The position numbers and the translations under genes are program-made. This document shows positions 1 through 10,664 of a DNA stretch of 64,000 nt, piece after piece (the stretch's first letter is position 1; the number at the start of each line of letters is the position of its first letter). Origin of the DNA: Nageia nagi (taxonomy: Eukaryota > Plantae > Pinophyta); NCBI GenBank assembly GCA_050084985.1, contig JBITNC010000001.1, forward strand, positions 17,360,001-17,424,000, in the 5' to 3' direction. The notes below the pieces were generated by a model that was not told the DNA's origin, made no database searches, and worked only from the letters and a program-made list of their open reading frames with translations.

Positions 1-2699
1 AAAAATAGAAATATATATCAACTGAACCATAAGGACAACCTAAAGGGAGGGGTTTGATATTCAAATAATATGCATTGGGATCGATATACAGGTGTATCAT
101 ATCTTAAAGATGAAGGATACCCAACTTGTTATGTCCCCATTCTCTAATCAGCCCTTCCATAGCTACTAATGGGGATAGATATAATGGCCTTTGAATAAAG
201 ATTTCCCTCTCCTTGAGGTGGTTTAAAGACCTGAATATTGAGGTTCTCTCTCCTAAGATATTTGCTCCTATAGGTGGTAGTTTGATCATTCTATAATCTA
301 ATGATCCTTATCTATTCCTTGATTATGGAGATATTCAATAACATGTCCCTCTATTTTATGAGTAGGTTCACACCCATTTTTGGTGATTGGAGCTATTACA
401 AATCCCTACCTTGGGATAAGGAATTATGGTGTATAGTAGTGAGCATCTAGTTTAATGGTAGATAGTATCTTTCATATAGGTTTCGATCCTTATGATGCAT
501 CGAATCTCAATTGAAGCTTCCCCTTGATTCCCTAATAAATTAATGATTATTCATAGGATAGAATTTAAATGGTGGGCTTGAAATTCTTCAATCTGAAGGG
601 TGGGCCTTTAATTAATAGTGGGGGAGTTTAATAGGGTTCGATTCTCCAAATGATGGGATTAGATTAGCTAGAGGGAAAAAATCATTATCTATGTATTAAC
701 AACTTTAAGATAATGATTGGTGGGTTAATCCTTTGAAATCAAATCCTTCAAAGAAATACCTTGATCAAGTAAGCTTCACAATGAAGAACCATTAAGCGCT
801 TATCGTAATAAGTGCTTCAACTATCTCACATGTGATAAGAAGTTGTATATGCTAGTGCAATCAATCCATGAGTAGGATCATTACTTGATAGGTAGGGATA
901 TTCTCATATACATGGATCATGAGCTAGCTGAGTATTTGCCCAAAGTGAATCACAACAAACTTGCCACTTTATGCCAATGGGGTTCTTAAAAGAATTCAAT
1001 TAGCACATCCAATCCACCCTGTCCCAAGGGGAGTGGGGGGTAAGGTGATTCAAGGGGAGTGGAGGGTAAGGTAAATCCACTCGTTGATATTTTGTCAAGA
1101 CCAAAAACTCTTCATCGAGGTAAATTAATGGAGTTGGAATCATTCAAGCAATTCAAGCCTAAGAATCATCATACTCATAAGAATGAGGGGATGATGAAAT
1201 ATAGGGTGAGTAATGATATATGGATCAATTAGGAGATAGTGAGGTGGGACAATGGATAGCGGGGTGAGGAAATAAGAATCAAGGCATTGAATTCATCCCC
1301 TTGAATAATGGAATAGATAGCAAGAGGGGGAGGTAGCCCAATGAACTATGATTGGAAAAGGGGGCAAGTTGATAGGAATAGTTGTTTCGAGTTTGTTGGT
1401 TCTCCACATGAAACGATAAGTAATAGGGGTAGGCCCAAGAAATAAGAATGTTTCTTATAGACCTTATTTCTCTCTCATGGTGAATGATAATATTAGGCAA
1501 GTATCTAGAAATAAGAATCTTTCCACAAAAATTGAAACCACAAATAAATGGTAAAAGGTCAATTGAGTTATATCGATCAAATGAAAGAACAATGTTTTGA
1601 TCCCCTTCTCCATAGTTGGTTGTTAAGCCCATCCCTCCATGCCATTTTATCTAGAAATAAGAATCACCTTCTATCAACCTTACAAGAAATCAATGAATAA
1701 GAATTCCTACCCTAGTAAGGCAGCCCTCCCTTTCTATATTGAATTAATGAGTCGAGGTAGGCAACTCATTAGTTTTCCTTTGGAGATAAAGTTCTAGATT
1801 CTCTTACAAAGGGTATTTAATAATGTTGGTTCGATTTGTAATGATGGAAGGGATAGCCCATAAATAAGAAGTTGTTGTCTAAAGAGTCTTGTCATTTGAG
1901 GGAGTGTATTATCTACTTATAAAGGCCTTCAACAAGTCACTTGGTTGGAACCCTTATTCTCATTATTTGCTATGCCCAACTTCACTAATGAAGGTTGGCC
2001 TATTCTTCTCACATCTCTCCAATAAATTTCTCCATTTTTCATAGATCTCATGCACAAAGTTTAAAAAATTGATATAGTATGAGTGACACTTCAGGATGTC
2101 AACAATGACAATAAATATAAATGTTTATCTCTATCCTTGGTCCCATGGGTAGATGGCCATATCCTTGAATAAAGATGTAATAAGATTAGTAAATAAAGAT
2201 TTCCATATACTAATTGAGGTTGGTTCTACTATTGCTTGTCACAAATAAATATGTATATCCTTATTCATTCCTTATGTATTACTAAACTATTGAGTGTATT
2301 CATCAAGTAATATTCTTTACCCATATTTAGAGCATGATGTAATAAGTATTGGAGTGTTAGAGATTTACTCTCATGGGTAAAAAATATGTGTTCTTGAAAT
2401 AGAATATAATTTGTAATAATAAAAAATTCATTATAATAAACAATGTATTATATAAATATTTCCTTATGCACGAATATTGATAATTTGGAATAAAAGAACA
2501 TCTAGTTAGTAAATTAAAGAAAGATTTATATAGACTTAAAACTATACTATGATTTTATCCAATTTGTATCCTCTACATTGATAATATTTAAAAATTGATG
2601 ATAGATCTTACAAACCAACAGATCTAAAAGGGTGTTAATATTGACTTTAACCTTTTGAGATATATATACATATTACAACACCTAAACTTTTAAAAAAAA

Positions 2700-3357
2700 A
2701 TTAAAAATTATCACCGTCCATATGTTATATATCCACCTCCATATAAAAAAAAAATTAAAAATATATTAAATAAATGAACAATATCATTAATAAAAAAAAT
2801 TAAATTGTAAATTTTAAAAAGTAAAAAATAAATAAAAATCTTTGAAAGCCTTCAATAAAAATTTGCTAAAATTTAATTGCTAGACGTAACATACCTGAAA
2901 TTTACATAGCAAATAACCGTCATAATTTTTAACTTTCTACTACATTAAATAATACAATAAAACATTTTATTTAATATTAAATACCATTATTCATTACACA
3001 TTCATCTGTATCATATCTATGATTTTTTTTTATTACAACCGTCTTAAAATTTTCTGTTGGCCCTCCTCAATTTACTCCTACGCAAATTCTCCTTCCTCCA
3101 AATCTCCCAAGTTTTAAAGTTTACGACTCTTACAATACATTATGCCGCCCTGTCATCCGCCAAATTCGACGTAAAACTACCTCGAGATTTTAAAAGACCA
3201 CCATTTTTGTTTTGCATGATCCCAACATGGCGATGGAGGGTTGGGATCTTCTGCAAGAAAATAAAACCCCCCAACAGTGGCATGCACCACCACCACCACC
3301 ACCCTTGAAACTATATATGCATTTTAGAGAAGACATACACAGAGAATTTCCAATCCA
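2700..3357 (+). promoter_or_regulatory. Putative promoter/5' region of the Agenet gene (locally CpG-retaining)
   Basis: CG dinucleotides survive at about 3080-3235 (gccgccctgtcatccgcc...ttcgacgt...ctcgag) whereas most of the window has few. Three ACCGTC motifs at 2713, 2916 and 3038; TATA-like ctatatat at 3311. Confidence 0.45.
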
Positions 3358-3834
3358 ATGGAGGCCAGAGGGAAGAGGAAGCTCCAAACCCAGAGCGATA
3401 GAAGACAACAGCCTTTCGAAACATTGGAGGAAATTGAAGTTTTGTGCCTGGAAGAAGACTATTATGGAGTTTGGTATAAAGCAAAATTTATAGATGATGT
3501 GTTGAAGTTTGGGTTCATTGTTGAGTACGTTGATCTTTTGGATGATTGGAATAAGCAACTGCAGGAGGTTCGGGATCCCAAAATGGTGAGACCTAAACCT
3601 CCCCAGCTGGATCTGAAGAGGAATTATTTTGTTGGAGAAGCAGTGGAGGTATGGGACAAGGATGGGTGGTGGATGGGGAGGGTGGCAGAGTTCGATGGTA
3701 AGACTAAAGTATATACAATTGCTTTTGATCTGATTGGGAAATGTGAATATCATATGGCCACCAATTTGAGGCCATCGCAGATATTCAAGAATGGTCGATG
3801 GATTCACCCACCAAATTCCCTTACGACCATACAG
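3358..3834 (+). CDS. Exon 1 of a tandem Agenet (plant Tudor-like) domain protein
   Basis: Two Agenet repeats: EIEVLCLEEDYYGVWYKAKF...FIVEY..L...L.E......VRPKPP and GEAVEVWDKDGWWMGRV...YTIAF...LRPSQIFKNGRW. Canonical phase-0 donor CAG|GTAAGT at 3834/3835. Confidence 0.9.
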
Positions 3835-4562
3835 GTAAGTTTACTAGGTTGATTTATTTGTTTTTCTACTGTGATTTATATTAAGTGGAAATTTTTGTTT
3901 CCCTGAATCTTTGTTTGTGAATTGTTTCCTATGTATAAAAGCGTATAATTGAATTGAGAAGCTCTTTGAATTCAGATACAAATAACCTGATTGAGAAGCA
4001 TATGTCAAAGTATATGCAACTTAACAAAGTTGGAGAAACTCTTATCTTTTGACTCCCAACCAATTATTGTGTACATTTCCAAAATCCATAGTAAACTTCC
4101 AAAATTTGAAACCCTTGTATTTACAGTCAAACAGTGAAACCTCCAAAAACTCAAAGAGATATAGTTTTGCATTCATTTATTTGTTAAGAGTTATCACATA
4201 GTATTCATCAATTTAAGGATCATGATTAGCTTCTTCTCTTCAGCAATAATATATTTAGCTGTGTTCTTGAACTGTCACGATTTGGTCTTATTATAGTATA
4301 TTTGGATATGTCAGGTAAAATGCTGGGAAGAAGCATTCCTGCATCTATTGGTAAATGCATTGGCTTGTTGCATATACTTAAATTTAGTTAGAGGAATCTA
4401 GAGCGTGGAAAGAGAAATATCAGTGCTTGAATTGTTTGTGGGTTGGTTGATATTGGCTTTTTTCCATGGGCCTTCACAATTCATGTTCCACATAATTATC
4501 AAGGAGCTCTTCTTGAGTAGTTGTACATAAAATATAATATACTTACATTGAAGCCCTTCATT

Positions 4563-5360
4563 AGATGCACCCACATTTTTTTTTTATAAAATGTTGTCTT
4601 GACGATTCTCCAGTTTCCAACTCCAAAGAGAAAGCCTTAGTGAAATACTAGCAATAGTAGTAGCATCAAAACTAGGAATTGCCATGTCAAAATGTCTGTA
4701 GCGAAAACAGGGATATGCTTGGAAGTCAGCAAAGATGAGGCCCTTCCACCCTACCAGCCTGTGGAGATGAGGGTCCTTATCTGGAGGCCCATATATCCAA
4801 AACAACACCCCAACTTGGACTGCAGCAGCAAGTGTGAACTGTAGAGGGAAACTCTCTGGATGAAAACTCATAGATGCTTACATAGCTGAAGGATAACATG
4901 CTGCTGATGACATTGCTTCCTCATGGTTTCCAACAAAAATAGAGTATGAAGGGGCATCGTAGGAGCCTGAGTTTGCAAGATTAACCTGATCATCCTTGTC
5001 ATATAGTATAGAACAGTAGACTATTTGAGCAGAAACGTCACAGAGAGTTAAAAACAGCCACCTCGTCTTGCAGCAGAAGGTCAGGAACATCTTAGCAAAC
5101 AAAACGGCCAGGGTATCAGAAAACAATTTGAAGTGAAGTGAAAGCCTGATTGGTTTGATATCAAAATGACATATACTTATCTGTTACAAGAGGTACAAAC
5201 TGTAGTGAAGGCCTGACTTGGGCCGAGCAGCTGGCCATCTTAGTCTGGAGAGCTACATCCAAGTTTGATAACCTGCATTGTTGAAACATTATAGAACTAG
5301 GCAGTATCATGGGAGGTTTCTACTTTTGGCTCGGTGTCTTTCAACAGATGCACCCACATT
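4563..5360 (-). mobile_element. TPRT-type insertion (5'-truncated LINE 3' end or retroposed mRNA 3' end) in the intron
   Basis: Exact 15-bp direct repeat AGATGCACCCACATT at 4563-4577 and 5346-5360, with a T10 tract (4576-4585) abutting the left copy. The insert is more GC-rich than the surrounding intron. Confidence 0.85.
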
Positions 5361-5814
5361 CAATATAGATAAACATGCTTCAATTAACTGGCAGAGATTT
5401 TATCTAATTCTGTTATTATTAATGATAAGAATTTAATATCTTACACTAATAACTTCATATTTTCAAATTTCAGTTGTTTCCTTCAACTATTTTTAAATAT
5501 ATTCAAACATTAAGAATTCAATTTTATAGATGCTCTATTGATGATTATCATAGAAAGGGGTGTATGGTTCTTTTTGCTTCAAATCAATTTTCTAAGAATC
5601 ATACGTAGCTGAGTTATTTTAGAGACAAATGTTGATTACTGTCTCATACTCAACTTCAACAGAAGGTATCATAATCACTAGTTGTTTTATACTTAACCAA
5701 AGTCATTAAAATATTCTTATAACAACATGGTTGATTTTGAAAGATGCTTTATACAATATCAGGGTATTGTTAAGTATAAATTAAAAATATAGAAAACAAT
5801 TTCTTAAGGTTGAA

Positions 5815-6100
5815 GAAGCAGGGATTTTATGATGGGAGAAGAAGTGGAGGCATGGAACAAAGATGGTTGGTGGATGGTGAGGGTGTCAGAGTACAAGGCT
5901 AAGTATAAAGTTTATAAAGTCGTTTTTAATCTGTGGCCACTAATTTGAGGCCATCACACATATTGAAGAATGGTCAATGGATTCACCCAGCAATGCCCCA
6001 TGACACCATACAGGTAAGTTTTGCTAGGTTGCTTGATTTGTTTTTCTACTATGATTTATATTGGCCATGATAAATGGAAAGTTTTGTTTCACTGAATTTC
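5815..6100 (+). pseudogene. Duplicated pseudo-exon (second Agenet repeat, donor and intron start)
   Basis: Reads GEEVEAWNKDGWWMVRVSEYKAKYKVYKVVFNL, then a 22-nt deletion relative to exon 1 causes a frameshift. Retains CAG|GTAAGT (6013/6014) and about 80 bp of homologous intron. Confidence 0.85.
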
Positions 6101-6762
6101 TGCTAATTGAACTGAGTTTAGTTGTTGAAGCGGTACTTGCATTGTTTGTGAATTGGTTTTTATGGATAAAGGTGCAAACTTGTCTTCTTTTTTTCCCATT
6201 TCTTTTTATTCTGCTGCATGATCTGAAGCTCAGTGTGCTGAATTGAGCTTCCTGGTCGTTTAACCCTATATGATGTCTGCCTAGAATCTTCCGGGATATG
6301 CATCTTCTGAACAAGGTGATTATAGCAATTCTCATGGCAAGAATTAATATCTGACAAGATAAAAGGGTTGTTTTGTATGAATATCAACCGTTCCATCTCC
6401 AGTCTTTCTTTAAACTATGGATAAACTGTTGATGAATTTGACAAAAACATATTCATGTATCTCTATTTCTAACGAGGAAAATGAATTAAACTATGAAATA
6501 ATGATTGCAAATAATTGTGGTTGGTTATTCAAATTTAACTAAATATTTAATGAGCATTAATATAGTTTGTTTAAAACTTATTACAGAATTTTTTATTTTG
6601 AGTACAATCTTATTTTTGGATTCATATAAATCTCATTGATGTGTGGGCCTGATTGCTTGATTTAATGCAGTATATTAGCAAATATTAATATGTGAATTCC
6701 ACTTGTGAGGCTTCATATCTTTAATATGCCTTTCTGACGAAAATTGGGGATTTTTCTTGTAG

Positions 6763-7191
6763 AAATTGGTGAACGACTTTTTAAATAATGACGATTCAAC
6801 TCTGGTCTCAAGAAGGAGAAAATGTCAGAAGAGGTCACCTGTTGCTGAACAAAATACGGCATCCCCAGAACCTAAAATACAAAGAATTCAGAGAAGAGGG
6901 AAAGATGAGTTTGAAACTCCAAAAGCTGAAGCTCAGCATGCTCAGCATGCGTCTGTAAATGAAGTGAGCTCGCCCATAGTCGAAGAGCCATGTAGGACAA
7001 TCAGAATTAAAATTCCCAAAAAGGTCTCTGGTAGTTCTGAGACTCAGGTTGGTGGGAGTTCAGAAACTGATGAGCTACATAGGAAACCTATGATAATACG
7101 ACTTAAAATTTCCAAGAAGGTCTCTTCTGGTGTGATTTCACAAACTAATGCCAGTGAACTTCTTCCAAAAAGCCCAGATAAAAGGAGCTAA
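6763..7191 (+). CDS. Exon 2 of the Agenet protein (disordered basic tail, NLS-like RRRK, two IRxKI motifs)
   Basis: Acceptor tttttcttgtAG at 6761-6762, phase 0 and in frame with exon 1. Open to TAA at 7189-7191; spliced product about 301 aa. Confidence 0.75.
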   Translation, partial: KLVNDFLNNDDSTLVSRRRKCQKRSPVAEQNTASPEPKIQRIQRRGKDEFETPKAEAQHAQHASVNEVSSPIVEEPCRTIRIKIPKKVSGSSETQVGGSSETDELHRKPMIIRLKISKKVSSGVISQTNASELLPKSPDKRS

Positions 7192-8526
7192 TGCTCACTA
7201 AGAAGGAAATTCGGAAATATATCTTTCATCCATTCTTGGATCCAATGTCTCATGGTTTGAGACTCGTTGAGCTCATATGAAGAAATTCACATTGAAGCTT
7301 CAATGCCATGTCACTTCTGCAGCATTTTTAAATCTATACAACAGTTTTCATTATGACTAATAATAGTTTCAATTATGTATTTTCCACATAGTTGAGATGC
7401 AATTTATGGTTTTAAAATTTTTTATGCAAGTTCTGGAATTGTATTGTGTTGAGAATTTTTATGATGTTCAGATTTTAATGTTTACTGATGTAAATTAAGA
7501 AACTAAAAGTTTGTGATTATGATTTCATATGATTGTTAACTATTGATTATTGTTGGTGAATTATTCTTACCCCAATAATTTAATTTATGAATATAAGTGC
7601 ATAAGGTTTGGCATACTTGTAATATTTTTTAATTACTCGTTAATTATATAATAAAAAATAAATGGGTTAAAAATTAATCACATTTCAAAAGCCTTTTATT
7701 GGAGGAGAGTAGTTAGCAACACGAAAGGAATGAATTTAATAATAAATTAATAATAATTATATTGAAATAATAGGATTAAAAAACACAAGAATAATATAAC
7801 CATCTATTGTAAAATGTAGAATAATTTGCAATAGTGGAATTTAAAATATAAAATATTAGAAATTTAAAAATGATAGCTTCTAACATTTCAAGGAAGAATA
7901 TTTAAAATTATAATTCAACAATAGAAGTATGATTTTCCAATGGTAATAATGAGTATTAATTACATGTTATATATATGATATTATTTTTAATATTAGTCTC
8001 ATCTCATATAAGGTGTAACCAATACAGACTAGATAAAGGGTCATTATATGATCTCTTCTTTTAAAATGCTTCATCCTCAAAGGTTGTATGCTTTTTATAA
8101 TCTCCAAAATATTATGATTGATCATAAATATTTCTTTTTGATAGCTTTTCATACTCTATAATCTCTTCACTTTACTATAATCTGTGAGCTTGTATATCGC
8201 ACAATATTATTTCAAGTTGTTCTAGATTCTCAAATCTTGGTTTCTTCCTTGAAGTGTTTCAATAAATTTTGGTTTTTCATTTTCACTACACCAATATAAT
8301 AGTTGACATTTAGTTTGTATATTCAATTTTATGTTTATTATGACACCTTGTTGAGAGGTTTATAGTCATGAACTTTAACCCTTCTCTTAGTGTCCATGTG
8401 ATAATAATTTTCTTCTTTCTTGGAATGCTTTCTTAATTGAGGTTTTTGAATAAACCTCCTTTAAAGTATTTTTTTCCTTCTTGGAGGTAAAAATAACATA
8501 ATTCTCATATAATAATTAAATTAATT

Positions 8527-10345
8527 TGTTGACACGTACGTACCAAAAATATTCATTCCACTTTCCATCATATCCATGAGATCTCAGTAATAGAAAAAGT
8601 AATGGTTGATCATGGATAACCCCAAAATGGAAACCCTTTTAAACCATAATGAATTGTTCATAAGTAATATTATTTTATTTCCATGGAATACTCAAAACAA
8701 AAGTATCTTCTTTTTCCTTTTTATGGGAGTGATGTCAACAAAGTAGAGGCTTGTCTAAAATCAGACCCTAGGGGCAATGACATCAATAGGTAGCATTAAA
8801 AGTTTCATGGCGACTAGGTGTTTCGAGGTATAAAAGGGAGTGATGTCAACAAAGTAGAGGATTGTCTAAAATTGAACCTCAGGAGTAGTGATGTCAGTAG
8901 GTAGCATTAAAAGTTCCATGGCAACTAGGTGTTTTAGGGTATAAAAGGGAGTGATGTTAGCAAAATAGTAGCTTGTCTAAAATCGAACCCCTGGAGTAAT
9001 GACATCATCAGGTAGCGTTAAAAGTTATGTGGTGACTAGGTGTTTTGAGGTATAAAAGGGAGTGATGTTAGCAAAGTAGTGGATTATCTAAAATCAAACC
9101 TTGGGAGTAGTGACATCAATAGGTAGTGTTAAAAGTTCCATGGCGATTAGGTGTTCCAAGGCACAAAAGGAAGTGATGTCAATAAAATAATAGCTTGTCT
9201 AAAATCGGACCTCAGGAGCAATGATGTCAATAGGTAGTGTTAAAATGTTTGCAGTGGCTAATTCAATTGATTTTGAAGCACAAAAGAATGTAACATCAAC
9301 AAAATAAATTGAATCCCATTTTAGCCAGAAGAATGAGTTTGAAGAAGGATGGCTTCACGAGTAAGATCAAAATTTTTTGAAGTTATTTGCTCCACCCTAC
9401 AAAAGTGCAAAAGGAGGTGATGTCAACAAAATAAAAGAACTTTTAAAGCAGATGGTTTGGAAACCAATAGGAATCTTTGCCCTAGCAAAACTTCACCAAA
9501 GAACTTTGGAACATGTGTTGAAGATTGAGAAGGCTTCGGAACGAACACTAGAAGATGAAGAAACTCCAAAATCATCAGAGTCAATCAAAAAAACCTTTCA
9601 TAATTATAATACAAGTTCAAATAGCATTTGGAAAGCATGCCTATTATAATTTATAGGCAGTTACAATTTTAAATCTTTTAGTTTTTTTTAGAAATAAAAT
9701 GCCATGTGGCAAGAGTAGTTAGCTATTTATTAAAAGAAGGCCAGAATCTTTGGGCCATTTTGTAACTGTTTTGTTTCAATCTTTCTGCAACTGCTCTAGC
9801 CTAGTATAAATTTAGTGAAAGGTAAGGAAAAGGGTTGAAATCCTTAGTATTTCCCTTTGTATTTGTTTTTGAAGACCTATTGTTCTATCAGTTATACAAT
9901 GCCATCTTGACCTTTCTTATCCAACACTTGGTGTTATTATTTTTAATTTGGTTATATTGTGGCAAGTAATGCCTAAATGATAATAACAAGTTGTTGGTAT
10001 AATTGTGTCTACTTATATGGAAGAGTTAAGCTGAAGAATAATTTAGAGAATGAAAGCTTACACTGTGGCTACTACACTAGATTATTGCCAAGGTTTCATG
10101 CTATGTGAAAGCCTATGCTAAACTAGTAATTTGCCCTTTTTCCTTTACTCTTTCTCCTTACCTCTTTTATTTCATTTTATGCACTCTATCTCATTTCATT
10201 TCTTTCTTATTATTTTTCCTTTTCATCTACCCTAATGGATAAGGAATCAACTTACTCCAGAGATCAGGTTACTATGTTAGCCTATTCATGATACACTTTG
10301 ATTATATTGCTCATGGGTGCATCTATTACATAATTTCTATCAATA
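8527..10345 (+). repeat. 5' LTR of the Tat element
   Basis: Starts TGTTGA, ends TCAATA (decayed TCAACA), followed by a PBS. From 8725 onward it is homologous to 20472-22094. Confidence 0.75.
8725..9300 (+). repeat. 111-bp tandem array (5 units plus a partial) in the 5' LTR
   Basis: Unit starts GG(G/A)AGTGATGT at 8725, 8836, 8947, 9058 and 9169. Confidence 0.95.
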
Positions 10346-10355
10346 ATATATCTTT

Positions 10356-10373
10356 TGGAATGCCCAATGGGAC
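10356..10373 (+). promoter_or_regulatory. Primer binding site, tRNA-Arg(UCU)-like
   Basis: TGGAATGCCCAATGGGAC compared with the recalled TGGCACGCCCAGTGGGAC (3 mismatches), 10 nt after the LTR end. Confidence 0.65.
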
Positions 10374-10664
10374 CCAAAAAATTTCATTGGTAACTCTGCT
10401 AGAAGCAGTATTGATGGTACATATCAAGGCAGATGTATAGTTCTCATTACTACTTCCTAAACCTAAATTTTTTAGTTGCTATTAGAGTTTATGTGGATAA
10501 GATCAAAATCCAAAATAGCTAAAGAGGTCTCAAATTTTAAAGAACTTAGTACTCCTACAAGAAAGACCCTGATCAAGTTTAGATCTTTGAATAGTATCAA
10601 CTCTTGAGGACCCTTATTCAAAATAGTATCATTCGACCTTCATATTGAGACTGCTCCTCCTGAA

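Noticed and set aside
1-1950. Possible decayed retroelement on - (ORFs 104-289 and 1279-1632; repeated GAAATAAGAAT; G-rich 22-bp duplicate at 1026-1072)
   Set aside because: No domain motif or terminus could be identified with confidence.
3057-3807. ORFs 3057-3308 (+) and 3190-3807 (-)
   Set aside because: Shadow frames of the GC-richer Agenet exon and promoter, with non-ATG starts or no recognisable motifs.
4584-5126. Minus-strand ORFs inside the retro-insertion
   Set aside because: No recognisable domain; probably chance ORFs in UTR-like sequence.
8725-9300. CRISPR-like appearance of the regular array
   Set aside because: Whole units are homologous with no unique spacers, the array sits in both LTRs, the context is eukaryotic and there are no cas genes.
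9377-9649. 90-aa ORF in the LTR
   Set aside because: TTG start, and the 3' LTR copy has a stop in this frame.
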